The notes beneath the pieces were generated by a model that searched no databases, was not told where the DNA came from, and was given only the letters and a program-made list of their open reading frames with translations. From a virus (taxonomy: Duplodnaviria > Caudoviricetes), in IMG/VR virus record IMGVR_UViG_3300002001_000006, positions 1 to 55,178 of that record: a stretch of 55,178 nucleotides of DNA; one strand, 5' to 3'. The number at the start of each line of letters is the position of its first letter. Position 1 is the stretch's first letter. The translations under genes and the position numbers were made by a program. This document shows positions 1 to 9,953 of this stretch, piece after piece.

Positions 1-50
1 AAAAGGATTAAGCGGAATTACAAAAACTTATGTATTTGAAATAAAAGGAG
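1..50. repeat. Terminal overlap identical to 55129-55178 (circular closure)
   Basis: Exact 50-bp match at both window ends. Confidence 0.97.
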
Positions 51-193
51 ATAACTATATCTTGAATGATGGTTCTATAGTAACTAATAAAGATATAGGA
101 ATTAGAATATTTTTAGATAGAGAATCAGCACGAAAAAGTTTAAAAGATGTTTATTGTGGCAAAATTATAGAATAATTTAATATACCCCCACCC

Positions 194-225
194 AAAAGCA
201 GCGAGTTTTTATTCGTTGCTTTTTT
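194..225. terminator. Bidirectional intrinsic terminator
   Basis: aaaagca-gcga...tcgt-tgctttt stem flanked by A and T runs. Confidence 0.75.
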
Positions 226-293
226 ATTTTATCCATAACTTAATAGTATATTCACCAATAATAAATAATATTACAAATATTTTCTAAAACTAC

Positions 294-322
294 TTGCACT
301 TGTAGTTGTTATGGTATATTAT
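294..322 (+). promoter_or_regulatory. sigma-A promoter
   Basis: TTGCAC-17-TATTAT. Confidence 0.6.
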
Positions 323-375
323 AGAACTATCACCAGTGAAACACATTTGAAAATATAGAAAGGAGCTGAATATAT

Positions 376-531
376 ATGCCAAAAATACAATTGCAAAGAG
401 GGAGTCTAGTTTCTTCAATTCCAAAGGAAGTTATAAAAGCATTGGAACTTGAAAAAGGGGATTATATTAATTTTAATATTTTAAAAAATGGACAAGTTAA
501 ATTAATGAAAATTAAGGAGGAATCAAAATAA
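376..531 (+). CDS. AbrB/MazE-like DNA-binding protein (51 aa, missing from ORF track)
   Basis: RBS aaggag; MPKIQLQRGSLVSSIPKEVIKALELEKGDYINF has the AbrB pattern IPKE..KAL.L..GD. Confidence 0.75.
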   Translation: MPKIQLQRGSLVSSIPKEVIKALELEKGDYINFNILKNGQVKLMKIKEESK

Positions 532-948
532 ATGGAAGATTACAATTACACGTTAATAATATCTCAATACTGGCATAGTTATCATTATTTTATAGTTAAA
601 TTTAATAAGGAAACATTTATTAAACATATGCAAGAATTAACTATAGAATTAGACAATCACAAAGGAAACGGAATAAATGACAAACACGCAATAACTCAAA
701 GCGACCCTTTCTATGAATATAAAGATAATGATATTCATAGAAGATATAACGTAAATGGAAATGGAGATATTTATTTTTTAAATTCTAAATATGTTGATTA
801 TCTTCAAGGCGAAATAAGAGGGTATGAAGATACTGCAAGACAAGGTGCAAGAGGATATAAAAGAAAATCAGTTATTGAAGATATTTCAAAAAATCATAAC
901 AAAAATAAAGTATATGAAATTATTAAAAAACATTTTGAAATAGCATAA
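532..948 (+). CDS. Hypothetical protein
   Basis: ORF with RBS aaggagg. Confidence 0.7.
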   Translation: MEDYNYTLIISQYWHSYHYFIVKFNKETFIKHMQELTIELDNHKGNGINDKHAITQSDPFYEYKDNDIHRRYNVNGNGDIYFLNSKYVDYLQGEIRGYEDTARQGARGYKRKSVIEDISKNHNKNKVYEIIKKHFEIA

Positions 949-963
949 GGAGGAACAAAAGTA

Positions 964-1581
964 ATGAATGAATTAAAAATAATCGAGGTTAATGGTAAAT
1001 TCGTAACAGATAGCAGAGAAGTAGCAGAAAGAACAGGCAAAGAACACAAAAACTTATTAAGAGATATTAAAGGGTATGTTGATATTTTGGAAGGCTCAAA
1101 TATGAGCAGTCATAATTTCTTTATAACATCAACTTATATCAATTCTCAAAACAAAGAACAACCATGTTACCTACTAACTAGAAAAGGTTGTGATTTAGTA
1201 GCTAATAAGATGACAGGAGAAAAAAGAATACTTTTTACTGCTGAATATGTAACAGAATTTGAAAAAATGGAAAAACAAATAGAAACATTTAAAACGCAAA
1301 AATTACTAGATAAAATTGATGATTTCCAAAAATAAATAGATGAAGCTAAAAGACAATTTAAACCAAGTCATAGTAAGAAACTGCAGTATAACAAATTAAT
1401 AAAACAATTATCTTTTACAAATGATGAATTTATTGCTATACAAACTTTTGTATTTGCAATGTTGGGTGTGGACAAGTGGGAAAACACAGCGGTAGAAGAC
1501 GGTCCAAGAATAATGGAATTAATCAATACATCAGCAGCATTAATATCAAGTAAGCAATTTCAACAAACTAAGTTGTATTAA
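964..1581 (+). pseudogene. Rha-family regulator interrupted by an in-frame TAA at 1333-1335
   Basis: DSREVAE..GKEHKNLLRDI and CYLLTRKGC..VANKMTGEK motifs; same frame stays open 81 more codons to TAA 1579-1581. Confidence 0.75.
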
Positions 1582-1680
1582 TTTTTTCATTATATTTCAT
1601 TAATCCTTAACTTACATTATACTCAACAACAATTACATTATGTATCTATTTTAGAAATAATTTAAAGAGGTGAATAACAA

Positions 1681-2406
1681 ATGAGCGAAAAAAGAATGTT
1701 TTCCAAGCAAATAATTGATAGTGATGCTTTTTTAGATATGCCACTATCAAGCCAAGCCTTATATTTGCATTTAAACATGAGGGCAGATGATGATGGATTT
1801 ATAAATAATCCTAAAAGAATACAAAGGATGATAGGATGTGGGGATGATGAATTAAAGTTATTAATAGCTAAAAAGTTTATTATTCCGTTTGAAAGTGGGG
1901 TTTGTGTAATAAAACATTGGTTAATTCATAACTACATTAGAAAAGATACTTATAGAGAAACAAATTATATAGATGAAAAAGCTGAATTATTTACAAAAAA
2001 GAATAGAACCTATACTTTAAACAAACCTCCGTCGACGGAACTGTTACGAGAATGTAACGAAGAAGTAACGCAGTATAGTATAGAAGAGAATAGTAAAGAA
2101 AAGAATAGTGTAGATATAGACAAGCCTAAAAAAGAAAAAACAATCTATATGGACTTAACTTTTATTGATGAAGTAATAGATAAAGTAAAAATAACAAAAG
2201 AACAATATGAAAAACTATGCACTAAACATAATAAAGATTTTATCCATAAAGAAATATTAGGATTAGACAATTATATTTCTAATGGTAAAGGTACTAAATA
2301 TAAAGACCACTATAAAACATTAAATACATGGCTAAATAGCAAGAAGAAAGAACAGGAGTTAAAATTCCCTACACACAAACCGATAGAAGATAATTTTGAT
2401 TATTAG
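1681..2406 (+). CDS. Phage replication initiator (replisome organizer)
   Basis: N-terminus MSEKRMFSKQIIDSDAFLDMPLSSQALYLHLNMRADDDGF; adjacent to helicase. Confidence 0.88.
   Translation: MSEKRMFSKQIIDSDAFLDMPLSSQALYLHLNMRADDDGFINNPKRIQRMIGCGDDELKLLIAKKFIIPFESGVCVIKHWLIHNYIRKDTYRETNYIDEKAELFTKKNRTYTLNKPPSTELLRECNEEVTQYSIEENSKEKNSVDIDKPKKEKTIYMDLTFIDEVIDKVKITKEQYEKLCTKHNKDFIHKEILGLDNYISNGKGTKYKDHYKTLNTWLNSKKKEQELKFPTHKPIEDNFDY
2028..2122. promoter_or_regulatory. Putative lytic origin inside the initiator gene
   Basis: Palindrome tccgtcgacgga, GT(T/A)ACG at about 11-bp spacing, then purine-rich tagta/aatagt repeats, lambda-O-like layout. Confidence 0.45.
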
Positions 2407-2420
2407 GGGGGGCAAATACT

Positions 2421-3716
2421 ATGCAAGAACTAGATAAGGTCATAGAGAGCGAAAGAGAAGTGCTAGGAAACATCATAAACAACAATTCTTTAATGATAAA
2501 AGTAATTGATAACTTAAAAGATACTGACTTTTATAGTGGTTCACACCAACTATTGTATAAAACCATGAAAACATTGTACAAACATGATTGCAATTTTGAT
2601 ACAGTAATTCTTATAAATAGATTGAAAGAAGAAATAAAAGAAAAAATAATAACTATCACAGAAATAACAAATATATCAACGCAAGGTATAGAAGCAACCT
2701 TTAAATCACATCTAGCAGCAATTATAGAATCAAGTAGACAAAGAAAATTAACTAAACTGATGGAGAATATAACACATTCTAATAAAAGCTCACAGGATAA
2801 AATTGATTATATACAATCTGAATTGATTAAAATTAATACAACTACCGAAGATGATAAGATTTACAATACATCCGAACTGTTAGAAATGAGTATGAATAAA
2901 ATACAAGAAGCTTACAACAGTAAAGGGGGGATAACAGGAGTTCCAACAGGCTTTACTGAATTAGATAATGCAATAAATGGACTACAAAAAAAGAACATGA
3001 TTGTGTTCGGTGCTAGACCATCAATTGGAAAAACCGCATTTATATTAAAATTACTGGAGGATATGAAAGCTAACACACTATTTGTACAACTGGACATGGG
3101 ACTAGATGAAATAGGATGTAGAATGTTAGCAACAGAAACGCAAATAAGCAATGGCAAAGTTAGTAGAGGAAGGCTAGAAGAGAACGAGTGGACAACCCTT
3201 GCAATGTCTTTTAATAGATTAGCAGTAAAAGAAAATTTAATGTTTTATTCACCAAGTGAAGCAACAGTATCTAAAATCAGAGCCAAAGCAAAAGAAATTA
3301 AAACAAAAAAAGGATTGGATGTAATTATAATTGACCATATAGGGAAAATAACTGCGGAAAAGAACGGGACTTCATACGACATAATGAAAGAAATATCTAA
3401 AAAAATTAAAAATTTAGCTAGAGAATTAGATGTAGCCATGGTTGTTTTATGCCAACTATCAAGAGGAGTAGAACAAAGAGGGGACAAGCACCCTATAATG
3501 TCAGATTTAAGAGATGCGGGAAACATAGAAGAGGATGCAGATACAATAGGAATGTTATATCGAGATGGTTATTATTCAGCACGTGAGAAGGGCGAAAAAA
3601 TACGTAATGACATATTAGAGGTTAGTTTTCAAAAAGTTAGAAATGGCAGACTTGGAGTATTAAAAATGGATTATAACTTAGAAACTCAAAGAATAACGCC
3701 TAAATTTGGGAATTAG
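2421..3716 (+). CDS. dnaB: DnaB-like replicative helicase
   Basis: GVPTGF..LD, Walker A GARPSIGKT, IIIDH, QLSR..EQR.DK.P..SDLRDAG.IEEDAD. Confidence 0.95.
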   Translation: MQELDKVIESEREVLGNIINNNSLMIKVIDNLKDTDFYSGSHQLLYKTMKTLYKHDCNFDTVILINRLKEEIKEKIITITEITNISTQGIEATFKSHLAAIIESSRQRKLTKLMENITHSNKSSQDKIDYIQSELIKINTTTEDDKIYNTSELLEMSMNKIQEAYNSKGGITGVPTGFTELDNAINGLQKKNMIVFGARPSIGKTAFILKLLEDMKANTLFVQLDMGLDEIGCRMLATETQISNGKVSRGRLEENEWTTLAMSFNRLAVKENLMFYSPSEATVSKIRAKAKEIKTKKGLDVIIIDHIGKITAEKNGTSYDIMKEISKKIKNLARELDVAMVVLCQLSRGVEQRGDKHPIMSDLRDAGNIEEDADTIGMLYRDGYYSAREKGEKIRNDILEVSFQKVRNGRLGVLKMDYNLETQRITPKFGN

Positions 3717-3790
3717 AGAGATTATAAATTATTTAAATGCAATATTAAATTAGTTTACAGAATAAATTAAAAGTGAAGGGGATAAAAGGG

Positions 3791-3934
3791 ATGAAAAACT
3801 ATTCGGAATTATTAGCAGCTAAAAGAGCATCAGAACTATGTCAACAAAGTAAAGAACCATATAGCAATTTAACAATGATATCAGCCTTAAAACAAGCATC
3901 AAGAGAATTAAGTGAGGGAAAACATGAAGATTGA
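3791..3934 (+). CDS. Small hypothetical protein (47 aa)
   Basis: RBS-preceded ATG, overlaps the next start. Confidence 0.55.
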   Translation: MKNYSELLAAKRASELCQQSKEPYSNLTMISALKQASRELSEGKHED

Positions 3935-4799
3935 ATTTGAAGTCTTAAAAAGGTTATATGTAGAGGAGAATAAGAAGCAAAGAGAAATTGCTATAATATT
4001 AAACAGAACACAATCAACAGTAAGTTATTTTTGCAAAAAGTATAAGCTAGATAAAACTAAAGAGTTAAAAGAACAAAAACATTGGAGCGAAGAAGATAAA
4101 GAAACGCTAATGGATTTAATAGGAATTTACAGTTATAAAGCTATAGCAAATATTTTAGGGAGAACAGAAAAAGCAATAGATGAAAAAAGGAAGAAATTAG
4201 AGTTAGGGGACACGAGAAAAGCTACAGAATATTTAAACGCTAATGAATTAGCAGAAGCACTTGGAAGAGTATCCAACACAATAAGAAACTGGCTAAATAA
4301 CTATGGATTGCCACATACAAAAAGAGTATTAGCAAAAGAAAGAAGATTTTACAGAATAGATGTTAAACAATTTTGGAAGTGGGCAAAGAAAAATAATGAT
4401 TTAATGCGTTGGGATTTATATAAATTAGGTTCTCTTGCGAATGAGCCTAAGTGGATAGAAGAAGTGAGAAAAGTTAAAAGTTCAAAATCAATGAGAAGAA
4501 GATGGACCAAAGCAGATGAAACATATTTGCTATTTTACTATAATCAAGGTTTTACGCTAAAAGAAATAGGTATAAAATTAAACAGGACTATGAAATCAAT
4601 TGACCAAAGATTATTGAAATTAAATGTAAAAAGAAAACAGATTCAACTAGAGTGGAAAAAGGAAGAAGAAGCAGCACTAATAGAAATGAGAAAACAGGGC
4701 AAGACATTCGGTTTCATAGCGGAAGAGCTAGGAAGAAGCACAGATGGAGTAAAAGCTAAAAATTATTATATTGAGAGCAAACAATCCCTAACCTATTAG
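3924..4799 (+). CDS. Multi-HTH DNA-binding protein
   Basis: Repeated W..EE...L...IA..LGRT units plus a central excisionase-like HTH. Confidence 0.7.
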   Translation: MKIEFEVLKRLYVEENKKQREIAIILNRTQSTVSYFCKKYKLDKTKELKEQKHWSEEDKETLMDLIGIYSYKAIANILGRTEKAIDEKRKKLELGDTRKATEYLNANELAEALGRVSNTIRNWLNNYGLPHTKRVLAKERRFYRIDVKQFWKWAKKNNDLMRWDLYKLGSLANEPKWIEEVRKVKSSKSMRRRWTKADETYLLFYYNQGFTLKEIGIKLNRTMKSIDQRLLKLNVKRKQIQLEWKKEEEAALIEMRKQGKTFGFIAEELGRSTDGVKAKNYYIESKQSLTY

Positions 4800-4846
4800 T
4801 ATACCCAACAACATTAAAAAATATTCGTCTTTTATTCAAAAAAGTA

Positions 4847-4875
4847 TTGTATATTTTTAGTAAAGGTGGTAATCT
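4847..4875 (+). promoter_or_regulatory. sigma-A promoter
   Basis: TTGTAT-17-TAATCT with TG extension. Confidence 0.5.
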
Positions 4876-4915
4876 ATCTATAAGGAACTACAAGAGGTAA
4901 TTTTAATGGGAGAGG

Positions 4916-5314
4916 GTGGGAAAAATAGAAGAAGAATATAGGTATTGCGCCGAGTGTGGTCTAACTTTTGGAATTGAAGACCACCACATAATCTACAAGG
5001 GAAAATGCAAGCCACTAGATTATTGCAAACATAATCATGTTGATTTGTGTTATATCCATCATAGAGACCATAAAAAAGGAATCCATCATAATAAACAATT
5101 AAATGAAAAATATAAACTTATTTTTCAGAATTATTTAGAGATGCACTTTTTAAAAGAATATTTGACTAGAGAAGAAATAAAAGAAGTCTTAGGAATATCA
5201 GAACACCCATTGGACAAGCTTTTAAGCAGCTTAATAACTCATAATAGCAAATACAATAGGGATGAATTAATTATGGTTTGTATGGGTGGACAAAGGATAG
5301 AGGTGAATAAATGA
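4916..5314 (+). CDS. HNH-like zinc-binding nuclease
   Basis: CxxC, EDHH, N..DLCxxHH...IH. Confidence 0.7.
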   Translation: MGKIEEEYRYCAECGLTFGIEDHHIIYKGKCKPLDYCKHNHVDLCYIHHRDHKKGIHHNKQLNEKYKLIFQNYLEMHFLKEYLTREEIKEVLGISEHPLDKLLSSLITHNSKYNRDELIMVCMGGQRIEVNK

Positions 5315-5619
5315 TAACACTTGAAGAAAACTATTCAAATGAAGTTATACTCTTAGGAAACATAATAGAACGTTATGACAACCTAGCTGAAACGGATATA
5401 ACAGGAGCATACAAATTAAGCAAGGATTCGTTACAAGTATATAACAGATTTTCAACTATAAAGTATGATGTAAAAAAACAACTCACAAGAGGACAAGAAG
5501 CAGCTTTAAAAGATAGGTTAAAAGAAATATGTGACTATTTATTATCAGTAAGCACGCATAGCAGAATGGTTTGGAAATATGCAACAGAAGCAAGGTTTAA
5601 TCATAATGAGGGAATGTAG
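5311..5619 (+). CDS. Hypothetical protein
   Basis: ORF with RBS, overlapping start. Confidence 0.65.
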   Translation: MITLEENYSNEVILLGNIIERYDNLAETDITGAYKLSKDSLQVYNRFSTIKYDVKKQLTRGQEAALKDRLKEICDYLLSVSTHSRMVWKYATEARFNHNEGM

Positions 5620-5634
5620 GAGAAGGGGGATAAT

Positions 5635-5958
5635 ATGTTATTAGAATTTAAACTATTAAAGATAAATGAGGAAAATAAATTTTTCAAAAAGATAAGTAAA
5701 TTTAATAAAAACAATGAGTTTATAATGGTGGGCAAAGAAAAAGTTGAAGGTAAAGAACATTTAAAAGTAATTCAACTTACAGAAACAGGAATTAAATTAA
5801 TAGGAGGATTAAAAATAAATGAATTATCCCTTTCAATGCCTAAAGAAGAATTTAGACTTGCCAACGATGGGATTGGAGTTGATTATTCAGAATTTGAAAT
5901 ACCAAAAGAATACTTAACTTTAGAAATAATAGAGAATATACAAAGGCTAAATAGTTAG
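5635..5958 (+). CDS. Hypothetical protein
   Basis: ORF with RBS. Confidence 0.65.
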   Translation: MLLEFKLLKINEENKFFKKISKFNKNNEFIMVGKEKVEGKEHLKVIQLTETGIKLIGGLKINELSLSMPKEEFRLANDGIGVDYSEFEIPKEYLTLEIIENIQRLNS

Positions 5959-5967
5959 GAGGAGAAT

Positions 5968-6252
5968 ATGAAAACAGTATATATTGCGGGAAAGATAACA
6001 GGATTAGAAAATTATAAAGACAATTTCAATAAGGCAGAGGAAGAACTAAAAGCAAAAGGTTATATATGTATGAACCCATCAATTTTAGGAGAAGGGTTCC
6101 CATACAAAAGCTATATGCCGATATGTTTGGCTATGCTAGAAGCTTGCGACACAGTTTATATGCTTAATAACTGGAAAGATAGCAAAGGGGCAAAAGTAGA
6201 ACATGAGTATGCAAAGATACAAGGCAAAAAAATAATATACCAGGAGGATTAA
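5968..6252 (+). CDS. DUF4406 / nucleoside 2-deoxyribosyltransferase-like protein
   Basis: VYIAGKITG...NP...YM..CLAML..CD.VYML..W..SKGA..E. Confidence 0.85.
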   Translation: MKTVYIAGKITGLENYKDNFNKAEEELKAKGYICMNPSILGEGFPYKSYMPICLAMLEACDTVYMLNNWKDSKGAKVEHEYAKIQGKKIIYQED

Positions 6253-6266
6253 AGGGGGAGGATAAT

Positions 6267-6578
6267 ATGGACTATAAAAAACAAACAGAGCAACTTTTAA
6301 ACAACTACAATGAAACCAAAGCATCAACCGAAATAATGCCCAAAATACTAAGGAAAAATAAAATTGAAATATATGCTATAGAAAAAGCTTTAAATAAACT
6401 AAATGAAAAAGATAGAGAACTAATACAAAGAATCTGTATCAATGGAGAGAATCCAAGAGATATAGCGGATGAAAAAGGTAAAACATGGCAAACAATATAC
6501 CAACAAAAAAGTAAGGCAGTAGAGAAATTTACAACAATGATTTATGGAACTAAACTTGTAGAAGGGAATGAGTCATAA
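6267..6578 (+). CDS. Sigma-70 region 4-like HTH regulator
   Basis: AL..L.EKDRELI...G....DIA...G...QTIY..K.KA..K. Confidence 0.7.
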   Translation: MDYKKQTEQLLNNYNETKASTEIMPKILRKNKIEIYAIEKALNKLNEKDRELIQRICINGENPRDIADEKGKTWQTIYQQKSKAVEKFTTMIYGTKLVEGNES

Positions 6579-6848
6579 ATGAAACTAGGGGACAAGCTAA
6601 GGATATCAGAAAGAAAGTATAGAAAACAAGAAGATGCTAAAGTATCACAAGGGAAAATAGTTTCGATAGCACCTGGAGGAATAACAATACAAAAAGAAAA
6701 TGGGACTAATGAAACTTTTAATATTGGTGATTTAATTAACAAAGGACAAAAGAAAGAGATTTGCGAAGGTGAAGGGTGGACAGAAATAGAAGGTAGGAGA
6801 GAAGGGAAGTCAATTGCATTATGTAAGAAATTTAGAACAGATAATTGA
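6579..6848 (+). CDS. Hypothetical protein
   Basis: ORF abutting the previous stop. Confidence 0.6.
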   Translation: MKLGDKLRISERKYRKQEDAKVSQGKIVSIAPGGITIQKENGTNETFNIGDLINKGQKKEICEGEGWTEIEGRREGKSIALCKKFRTDN

Positions 6849-6960
6849 GAGCGTTATGTTAACAGTTAGTGAGAGGGCAAAAGAGATAGCCAACAAACGC
6901 ATTAAGTACAATAAGAGGTGCGAAAATAGGAAACGTTTAAAAAGGAAGTGAGGACATTAA

Positions 6961-7173
6961 ATGAAAGTAAGAATTAAATTCAATGTAATAGTTGATGCAG
7001 TAATTGAAGTTGCAGAAGAATCAGAAAATGCGGTTATAAAAGCACAACAAGAAAATATAAAAATATTAGCTGATACGGATATAACAGATATAAAAGAATG
7101 TCTATCAGACTTCCTAAATGCAGATAAAGAAGAAATTAAAATAGAAAATGAAAGCTTTGAAATAGTAGAATAA
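6961..7173 (+). CDS. Acidic hypothetical protein
   Basis: ORF with RBS. Confidence 0.6.
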   Translation: MKVRIKFNVIVDAVIEVAEESENAVIKAQQENIKILADTDITDIKECLSDFLNADKEEIKIENESFEIVE

Positions 7174-7193
7174 TAAAAATGAGGGGTTAGGGT

Positions 7194-7373
7194 ATGGAAT
7201 TAAAGGATATTTACAATGGATTGCCAGTAAAAACCGATAAATTTGATGGACTATTAGAAGTTGTTCGAGTAGATGATGTTTCTGAATCCATATATTGCAG
7301 ACCTACAAACAGTGTAGAAAATGGATTAAAAGAAATGAAAGCAGAAGATTTAAGAGAGTGCAGGAGGGGTTAA
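7194..7373 (+). CDS. Small hypothetical protein (59 aa)
   Basis: RBS gagggg, manual translation MELKDIYNGLPVK... Confidence 0.55.
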   Translation: MELKDIYNGLPVKTDKFDGLLEVVRVDDVSESIYCRPTNSVENGLKEMKAEDLRECRRG

Positions 7374-7474
7374 GAAATGGATGAAACAGAACTATTAATA
7401 TGTTTAATAGAAACAGAAGTAAATAAAACAAGTTTAAATTTTATTGAAGAAATAGAGAATATGGAGGAATAAAG

Positions 7475-7639
7475 ATGATTAAATTAATCAAGAATTATAA
7501 ATCTAGAACTATAAGTATATATAAACGCAAGAAGGACAAAGAGTTTATGTTAATAGCTATTATAGATTTAGACGAAGTCAAAGAGTTAGCAAATAACTTT
7601 GATTTAGATATTCAGTATTGCGATAATAAGGAGTTATAG
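7475..7639 (+). CDS. Small hypothetical protein (54 aa)
   Basis: RBS ggagg, manual translation. Confidence 0.55.
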   Translation: MIKLIKNYKSRTISIYKRKKDKEFMLIAIIDLDEVKELANNFDLDIQYCDNKEL

Positions 7640-8130
7640 TGGCACAAAGTGAAGGAAAATTATTTGAACAAGCAATAAAAAATTCAGTTCCAAAAGATTG
7701 TTATTATTATCGGTTTATTGATAACGCAGCTTCATTCAGCGGTGGAGAAAATACAAGGTTTACTTCATATAACCTTTGCGACGGGATGATAATGACAAAG
7801 GACATATTGTACCTAATGGAATTAAAAAGCCATAAGGGAACAAGCCTACCACTATCGTGCATAAGAAAAAATCAAATCGAAGGTATGAAGAAAATAGAAC
7901 ATCCAAGAATAAGAGCAATATTTATTATTAACTTTAGAGACAAAGAAAAAACTTATGCTATAGATGCCAAACAATTAGGAATATTTATAGAAACAACAGA
8001 AAGAAAAAGTATTCCTATAGCATGGTGTGAAGAAAATGGAATTTTAATAGATGCACGAAAGAAAAAAGTTAGATATCTATATAATCTAGAAAAGTTTTTT
8101 GAAGATGCAACAATAGAAACTTGCAGATAA
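7639..8130 (+). CDS. recU: RecU-like Holliday junction resolvase
   Basis: GK.FE..I..S, CD, ELKS.KG.S.P...I..NQ (PD-(D/E)xK motif). Confidence 0.85.
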   Translation: MAQSEGKLFEQAIKNSVPKDCYYYRFIDNAASFSGGENTRFTSYNLCDGMIMTKDILYLMELKSHKGTSLPLSCIRKNQIEGMKKIEHPRIRAIFIINFRDKEKTYAIDAKQLGIFIETTERKSIPIAWCEENGILIDARKKKVRYLYNLEKFFEDATIETCR

Positions 8131-8223
8131 ACAACCACTAAAGACAAGGAGAATAAACAATAATGCAATATGTACAAGCTATAACAATCATAGGAAGGGT
8201 AATAAAAGAAAGGCGGGGTAATT

Positions 8224-8514
8224 ATGGATAATATAAATAAGTCCTTAGAAACTATGGGAATGTGGTTAAAAGAAGTATCTCTTAATAACGACCACGAAAT
8301 AGACCAAACTAAAAATTTAAAAATGATTCTACTAAATTTAAAGATAGTATGTGCTGAAAATAAAGCAGTTACACCAATAGCAGATGCGCTAGCAAGAACA
8401 ATAACTGAAATGCATGAAAGTACAACAATACTTGTAAATGAGGGCAGAAAAGAGTTAAGACAAGCATTAGCAGAAATAAAAGAATATATAGAAGAAAAGG
8501 AAGGTAATAAATAA
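8224..8514 (+). CDS. Helical-hairpin protein with weak resemblance to an MCP signalling domain
   Basis: IDQTKNLKMILLN...IADAL.R..TE...ST. Confidence 0.5.
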   Translation: MDNINKSLETMGMWLKEVSLNNDHEIDQTKNLKMILLNLKIVCAENKAVTPIADALARTITEMHESTTILVNEGRKELRQALAEIKEYIEEKEGNK

Positions 8515-8643
8515 GAATGTATATAGAATTATATCTATTTCCAGTAATATCGTTTTATTTCAATGATAAATATATGAGCGAATTACTTAGTATAGGTCAA
8601 GGGGAAATAATGTAAAAATAATAATTAATGAAGGTGGTATAAA

Positions 8644-8799
8644 ATGAAATCTTACAATGAATGTTTAAAAGAAAATAGCAAGTATACTCCTTATACAGAC
8701 GAAGAACTAGAAAATGTAAAAGAATACGAAGAAATAAACCCTATAAGATTTAAAAGGTTAATAGCTACTATAGACAAAATGAAAGGGGATAACAAATAA
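8644..8799 (+). CDS. Small hypothetical protein (51 aa)
   Basis: RBS aaggtgg, manual translation. Confidence 0.55.
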   Translation: MKSYNECLKENSKYTPYTDEELENVKEYEEINPIRFKRLIATIDKMKGDNK

Positions 8800-9150
8800 A
8801 TGAATATTAAAATTGGAGATTATCAAATAACATCGGATTCAATGCAATTCATAGTAAATAAAATAAGCATAGTACAAGAGAGCAGATTAACAAAGGCAGA
8901 AAATGTAGGAAATGAAACATCTAAAGTAATAGCATATTGCGGAAAGTTTGCAGAAGCTTTAAGATTTATTCCACAGGACATTTTAAAGACTAATGAGGAT
9001 ATACTTATTATCGAAGAGAAACTCGACCAAATAAGAGCGGATATAAAGGCGCTAGAAGCATATCCAGTAATATTTATTAAAGAAGAACCAAAAGTAAAAA
9101 TTATAAGTGATGAAGAAATGGAAAAATTAGAGAAAGAAGAGGTAGAATAA
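8800..9150 (+). CDS. Hypothetical phage protein (DUF5405-like)
   Basis: I.IGDY.ITSD..QFI.N...G.E....AY motif. Confidence 0.55.
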   Translation: MNIKIGDYQITSDSMQFIVNKISIVQESRLTKAENVGNETSKVIAYCGKFAEALRFIPQDILKTNEDILIIEEKLDQIRADIKALEAYPVIFIKEEPKVKIISDEEMEKLEKEEVE

Positions 9151-9569
9151 TGAATAAAGTAGTTTTAATTGGAAGATTAACAAAGGATGCGGAGTTGCGT
9201 TTCACTCCTGGAACTGGAAATGGAGTAACAACAATAACAATAGCGATAGATAAATATAATTCAAAAACCAAAGAACATGAAGCGGATTTTATAGGGGTTA
9301 CTATATGGGGCAAAACCGCAGAAGGATTAAGCCCATATTTATTAAAGGGAACACAGGTAGCTATTAGCGGAAGAATACAAACGAGGTCGTATGATGCTAA
9401 AGATGGAACCAAAAAATATGTTACAGAAGTTATAGCTGATAGTTTTGGGGGCGTTGAACTTTTAGGAAATAAGAAGTCAGATGATTCAAATGGTGGAACA
9501 AATCAAGACTTAGAAAGCAGATTTGATGGAGAACTAGAAATTGACAATTCGGGGGATATGCCATTTTAA
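9150..9569 (+). CDS. ssb: Single-stranded DNA-binding protein
   Basis: MNKVVLIGRLTKD.ELRF, GRIQTRSY, C-terminal DMPF. Confidence 0.96.
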   Translation: MNKVVLIGRLTKDAELRFTPGTGNGVTTITIAIDKYNSKTKEHEADFIGVTIWGKTAEGLSPYLLKGTQVAISGRIQTRSYDAKDGTKKYVTEVIADSFGGVELLGNKKSDDSNGGTNQDLESRFDGELEIDNSGDMPF

Positions 9570-9629
9570 GGGAATTCTCTTAATAAAACTAAATATAAAA
9601 GCTAATTTACAAAGAAAGAAGGAATAAAA

Positions 9630-9782
9630 ATGGCAGCACCACAAATAGCATTTATAACATTGACTTGTTTGGGGCTAGGAATTAATATGGCACAACATGG
9701 AAAGCCAAAAGAAGGAAATGAAAACTTCTTTACCTCGTTAATAGCAAGAGGAATATTATATTGGGGTGGATTTTTTAGTTAA
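9630..9782 (+). CDS. Small membrane protein (50 aa)
   Basis: PQI...HGKPK.G..NF...LYWGGFF. Confidence 0.65.
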   Translation: MAAPQIAFITLTCLGLGINMAQHGKPKEGNENFFTSLIARGILYWGGFFS

Positions 9783-9791
9783 CATAACCCG

Positions 9792-9823
9792 AAAAAGCAA
9801 GGAATTAAACAACCTTGCTTTTT
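9792..9823. terminator. Bidirectional terminator
   Basis: aaaaagcaagg / ccttgcttttt. Confidence 0.8.
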
Positions 9824-9880
9824 ATTTTACCCAAAACTAATAGTATATGAAAAACAATTGCAAATTATTACTAAAAAGAC

Positions 9881-9909
9881 TTGCAAAAGTAATTAAATAG
9901 GAATATACT
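9881..9909 (+). promoter_or_regulatory. sigma-A promoter
   Basis: TTGCAA-17-TATACT; upstream ctaaaa(ag)acttgca shared with promoters at 294 and 15096. Confidence 0.65.
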
Positions 9910-9953
9910 AACAATATAGTAACAGTACAAAGAACATTACAGAGAGGTGAGAA

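Noticed and set aside
1-50. Biological direct terminal repeat of the virion DNA
   Set aside because: Falls mid-gene and far from the terminase; more likely an assembly overlap
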